Assembly: GCA_046290225.1 (NCBI GenBank)
Contig: JBKAGE010000078.1
Coordinates: 477,049-541,048, forward strand
Direction of reading: 5' to 3'
DNA length: 64,000 bases
From: Bradymonadia bacterium
GTDB taxonomy: Bacteria > Myxococcota_A > Bradymonadia > UBA7976 > UBA1532
This document shows positions 61,218 to 64,000 of this stretch, piece by piece. The notes under the pieces were generated by a model. That model was not told the origin of the DNA. It did no database searches and saw only the letters and a program-made list of their open reading frames with translations. The number at the start of each line of letters is the position of its first letter. Position 1 is the first letter of the stretch. The translations under genes and the position numbers were made by a program.

Positions 61218-62144
61218 TTATCCTCTCGCCGCGGCGCGCAGGGCGGCCATCCGTGCCGGGGTCTCCGCAGCGCGGCCTCTCGCCGCGGCCTGCTCCAGGT
61301 AGAGCCGGGTGGTCTCCAGCGATCCGTGGCCGAGCAGCTCCGCCAGGGTGTTGATGTCCACCTTGCCCTCCTCGAGGGCCCGCATGGCGAAGGTGTGGCG
61401 CAGGATGTGGGGGGTCACCGTGATGCCCGCCTTGCGGCCGTAGCCGCGCAACATGCGCTGAATGCCGTTCGCCGTGAGGGGGCCGCGCTCACCGAGGAAC
61501 AGCGGGCCGGGGCCGTCGCCGCGAGGCTCGATGAGGTAGGTCTTCAGAGCCCGGCGGGCGGTGCGGCCGATGGGCACCCGGCGGACCGGAGCGCCGGCGG
61601 GGCCGGGGATGTGAAACCAGGCGCGGCGGCTGCCGAGCTCCAGCTGCTCCCGGGTGATCTCCACCAGCTCACCGACGCGCAGGCCGGTCTCGAGCAGGGT
61701 CCAGATGATGGCCCGATCCCGGGTGCTCCCGCACTCTTCCACCACCTCGAGGAGCATGGCCTCTTCGCGATCGCTGAGCCCCTTGGGCTTGCGGGGGTCC
61801 TGAGCCACTGCCGAGAGCTCCCGCACGGCGGCTTCGGCGCCGCCGGTGAGGTAGCCCTGGGCCCGGGCCCAGCGAGCGTAGGCTTTGAGAAACACGAGCT
61901 TGCGGTTCACCGTGGAGGGGGTCATGCCCTCGCCCACCAGGGCCGCCTTGTACTCGGCAGCGGCGGCCTCGGTGATCTCGCTCACGGTGAAGGGGGCCTT
62001 GTAGTGCCCGGCCCACCAGGTGGCCAGCCCCCGCCAGTCGGAGCGGTAGGCTTCCACGGTGCGGGCCTTGCGGCCCCGTGCCTTCAGGTCGGCCTCGAAC
62101 TCGCCGAAGCGGGCCTGCTCCGAGGCGTCGAACATCTCACTCAT
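61218..62144 (-). CDS. Xer-like tyrosine recombinase paralog 1
   Basis: 'RTVEAYRSDW', 'STVNRKL', RDRA..TGLRVGEL, TPHILRHTFA, LLGHGSLETTRLY; AAGGAGG RBS. Confidence 0.93.
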   Translation of the reverse strand: MSEMFDASEQARFGEFEADLKARGRKARTVEAYRSDWRGLATWWAGHYKAPFTVSEITEAAAAEYKAALVGEGMTPSTVNRKLVFLKAYARWARAQGYLTGGAEAAVRELSAVAQDPRKPKGLSDREEAMLLEVVEECGSTRDRAIIWTLLETGLRVGELVEITREQLELGSRRAWFHIPGPAGAPVRRVPIGRTARRALKTYLIEPRGDGPGPLFLGERGPLTANGIQRMLRGYGRKAGITVTPHILRHTFAMRALEEGKVDINTLAELLGHGSLETTRLYLEQAAARGRAAETPARMAALRAAARG

Positions 62145-62254
62145 GTCTCTCCCCTCCTTGGGATGGTGGGCGCACGCCACCGGTTCGGGATCACCCCGTC
62201 GTGGCGTCGCTCATCGAGTCTTGGGTCTCTGTGGTGCGTCTCTGGCTGCGGCGG

Positions 62255-63667
62255 CTACTGCTGCAGTAAGGACAACACTTCTGATCTTCGAGAGTTGGCC
62301 TGGGCGAGCATGCCCAGCCCTGCCTGCTCCAGCACCTGGCTGCGGGCCAGGTCTGCAGAGGCCTTGGCAAAGTCGGTGTCGTTGATCCGGCTCCGGGCCT
62401 CGGTGATTTGCTCCATCTGCCCGGTCATCGTGTCCACGAGGGCCTGCAGCCGGTTCACCACCACCCCGAGACGCGCTCGGTCGGTGGACAGCTCCTCGAG
62501 CACCCGCTCGAGGACCAGAATCGCCTTGTCGGCCCCCTCGCGGCTGGTGAGATCCAGGGTGCTCAGGGCCTCGTCGAGGCTCACCTGCACCTGCTGGTTG
62601 TCTCCGAAACCGATGAAGGCCTCGTTGGCGCCACCGAGCACAAAGTCGCTGTCGCTGTGCAGGTAGAGCTGCCCGGTGACGGTGCTCAGCGCGTCCACCC
62701 CGACGATGTTTCCGGCGTTCCCGGTGGCCTCCACCTGGATGTTCCGGCCGTCGGAGGCGGTGAGGGTCAGCCGACCCTGCACATCGAGGCCAGCGACCAC
62801 CTCACCGTCGAGCTGAGCGTTGATGGCCTTCACCAGGGTGTCTCCAGCGCGGCCCTCGTTCAGGTCGACGACGATGTTCTGCCCGTTGATGACCAGAGCG
62901 TTGTCGAAGTCGAGACGCCCCGGCTGAATGGCGGCGTTGCCCACAAACTCGGTGGTGAGAGGCACGGCGGTGACGCCGTGGTTGCTGGTGCCCTCGTTGA
63001 TGGCGGCGGCCTTGGCGATGGCCGAAGCGGCGGGGAACGCCGTGCTCAGGTCATCGTCGCTGTCGGCGGTGGCCCGCACCACAGCCCCGTTGATGGTCAA
63101 GTCACCATCCGCGAGGGCGTCGAGGGTCACTGCGGCGCCGGTGCTCACGGCCTGTCGACCGAGGTTGGTGGCCCGAGCGTCGCGGGTCTGAACAGCCAGA
63201 CGCTCACCGGCGAAGGCCCCCACCTGAAAGCTCAGGGTGGCGACGCTGCCGTCGAGCAGGTTGCGGCTGTTGTACTGGGCGCCGCCGGCGATGCGGGTGA
63301 TCTCGGCGCTGAGGCTCTGGAACTCGTCGTTGATGTTCTCGCGGTCGATGGCGCTCACGGTGTCGTTGGCGCCCTGCACGGCGAGCTCGCGCATCCGCTG
63401 CACGATGTCGCTGATCTCACCGAGGCTGCCCTCGGCTGTCCGGGCCATTTCCTGCCCCGCGAGGGCGTTGTCAAGGGCCCGGGTGAGGCCCTTGAGGTGC
63501 CCACCGAGCCGAGCGGCGAGGGTGACCCCGGTGGGATCTTCGCCGGCGTGGCTGTTCCGCTCACCGCTGGAGAGCTGCCGAAAGCTCCGGCTCAGGCTCC
63601 GACGATGACCACCGACGGAGCGGGTGGCCCGGAGGCTGGCGCTGTCGGTGTTCAAGTAAAAGCCCAT
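62255..63667 (-). CDS. fliC: Flagellin (paralog 1, divergent N-terminus)
   Basis: 'QLSSGER', 'TAEGSLGEISDIVQRMRELAVQGAN', 'RARLGVVVNRL', 'SRINDTDFA'. Confidence 0.93.
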   Translation of the reverse strand: MGFYLNTDSASLRATRSVGGHRRSLSRSFRQLSSGERNSHAGEDPTGVTLAARLGGHLKGLTRALDNALAGQEMARTAEGSLGEISDIVQRMRELAVQGANDTVSAIDRENINDEFQSLSAEITRIAGGAQYNSRNLLDGSVATLSFQVGAFAGERLAVQTRDARATNLGRQAVSTGAAVTLDALADGDLTINGAVVRATADSDDDLSTAFPAASAIAKAAAINEGTSNHGVTAVPLTTEFVGNAAIQPGRLDFDNALVINGQNIVVDLNEGRAGDTLVKAINAQLDGEVVAGLDVQGRLTLTASDGRNIQVEATGNAGNIVGVDALSTVTGQLYLHSDSDFVLGGANEAFIGFGDNQQVQVSLDEALSTLDLTSREGADKAILVLERVLEELSTDRARLGVVVNRLQALVDTMTGQMEQITEARSRINDTDFAKASADLARSQVLEQAGLGMLAQANSRRSEVLSLLQQ

Positions 63668-63751
63668 GGTGACTCTCCGTATATGACGGGCCCGTTTTTT
63701 CGGGGCCCTCGGGGTTATGCGGTGACCCTCTCAGGGCCTCGCTCACCCACC

Positions 63752-63778
63752 ACATCGTCGGCGTCGGGGCAGACTTCA
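63752..63778 (-). promoter_or_regulatory. Candidate sigma28 (FliA)-like promoter for the flagellin-recombinase cluster
   Basis: TGAAGTCT-N11-GACGATGT versus consensus TAAAGTTT-N11-GCCGATAA (6/8 and 5/8), about 85 nt upstream of the ATG. Confidence 0.4.
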
Positions 63779-64000
63779 GAAAAAAGTGCATTTTTATCGT
63801 GCGGGCTGTCTCAACCCATCGAATTCGCGTGTTTTTTTGTTATCGGGAGAGGCGTATTTTCTTATCAGGCGAGGGGGGTGGGGGTTATCTGGCGGGTTGA
63901 GAAGAGAGTTTTTCGGGCACGGGCACGGACTCTCTATCAATTCGCAACCCCCCTTTTGAGGGTAGGTTTTGTGGTGTAGCGGAGGACAAGCCAAACCAGG

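Noticed and set aside
56991..62144. Prophage or integrative element marked by integrases, or housekeeping xerC/xerD
   Set aside because: No phage, conjugation or replication genes, no adjacent tRNA or att repeat, and no dif-like site were seen. The active sites deviate from XerC/XerD, so no gene symbol was assigned.
58002..63667. Shared DNA stretches among the flagellins as recombination sites (e.g. around DGRNIEV)
   Set aside because: Matches are short, differ at wobble positions and are explained by protein conservation. All three genes are co-oriented and have their own RBS, unlike silent shufflon cassettes.
58002..63667. Proteolytic flagellin (flagellinolysin)
   Set aside because: No HExxH motif in any of the variable regions.
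63790..63895. TTATC boxes as DnaA boxes/oriC or as tandem sigma28 promoters
   Set aside because: They do not extend to TTATCCACA, and none has a TAAA-like -35 at the proper spacing. Retained only as an unexplained phased motif.

Overview
This is a GC-rich, gene-dense chromosomal window. The gene content points to a myxobacterium-like organism (Myxococcota), by inference from a MYXO-CTERM-type tail, an FHA-GAF-sigma54 activator, a Ser/Thr kinase with PEGA domain, HEAT-repeat lipoproteins and Gly-Ala-Met low-complexity lipoproteins. Most genes are housekeeping or envelope functions: ABC-F, RNase R, RNase J, dnaK, lnt, a fused E1 alpha/beta 2-oxoacid dehydrogenase, two tandem IDH-family genes, tRNA-Ala(GGC), a Ni-SOD locus, and a glutamine-synthetase-like/ADH/ALDH/FAD-oxidoreductase operon. 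The standout region is 56.7-64 kb. There, three divergent flagellin genes are interleaved on one strand with two paralogous Xer-like tyrosine recombinase genes whose active sites are partly degenerate. The region also has CsrA-type GGA hairpins and a structured upstream segment, so it is a candidate flagellin switching or regulatory module. A second strong signal is sodX: it lies in frame directly behind the sodN UGA stop, has no start codon before its catalytic Ser, and has a stem-loop 7 nt after the UGA, which suggests recoding. Other oddities are a likely CTG start for rnj and several apparent pseudo-enzymes (CCA-like, GH5). No CRISPR array, rRNA or IS element was seen. All calls come from reading motifs by eye; no searches were run.
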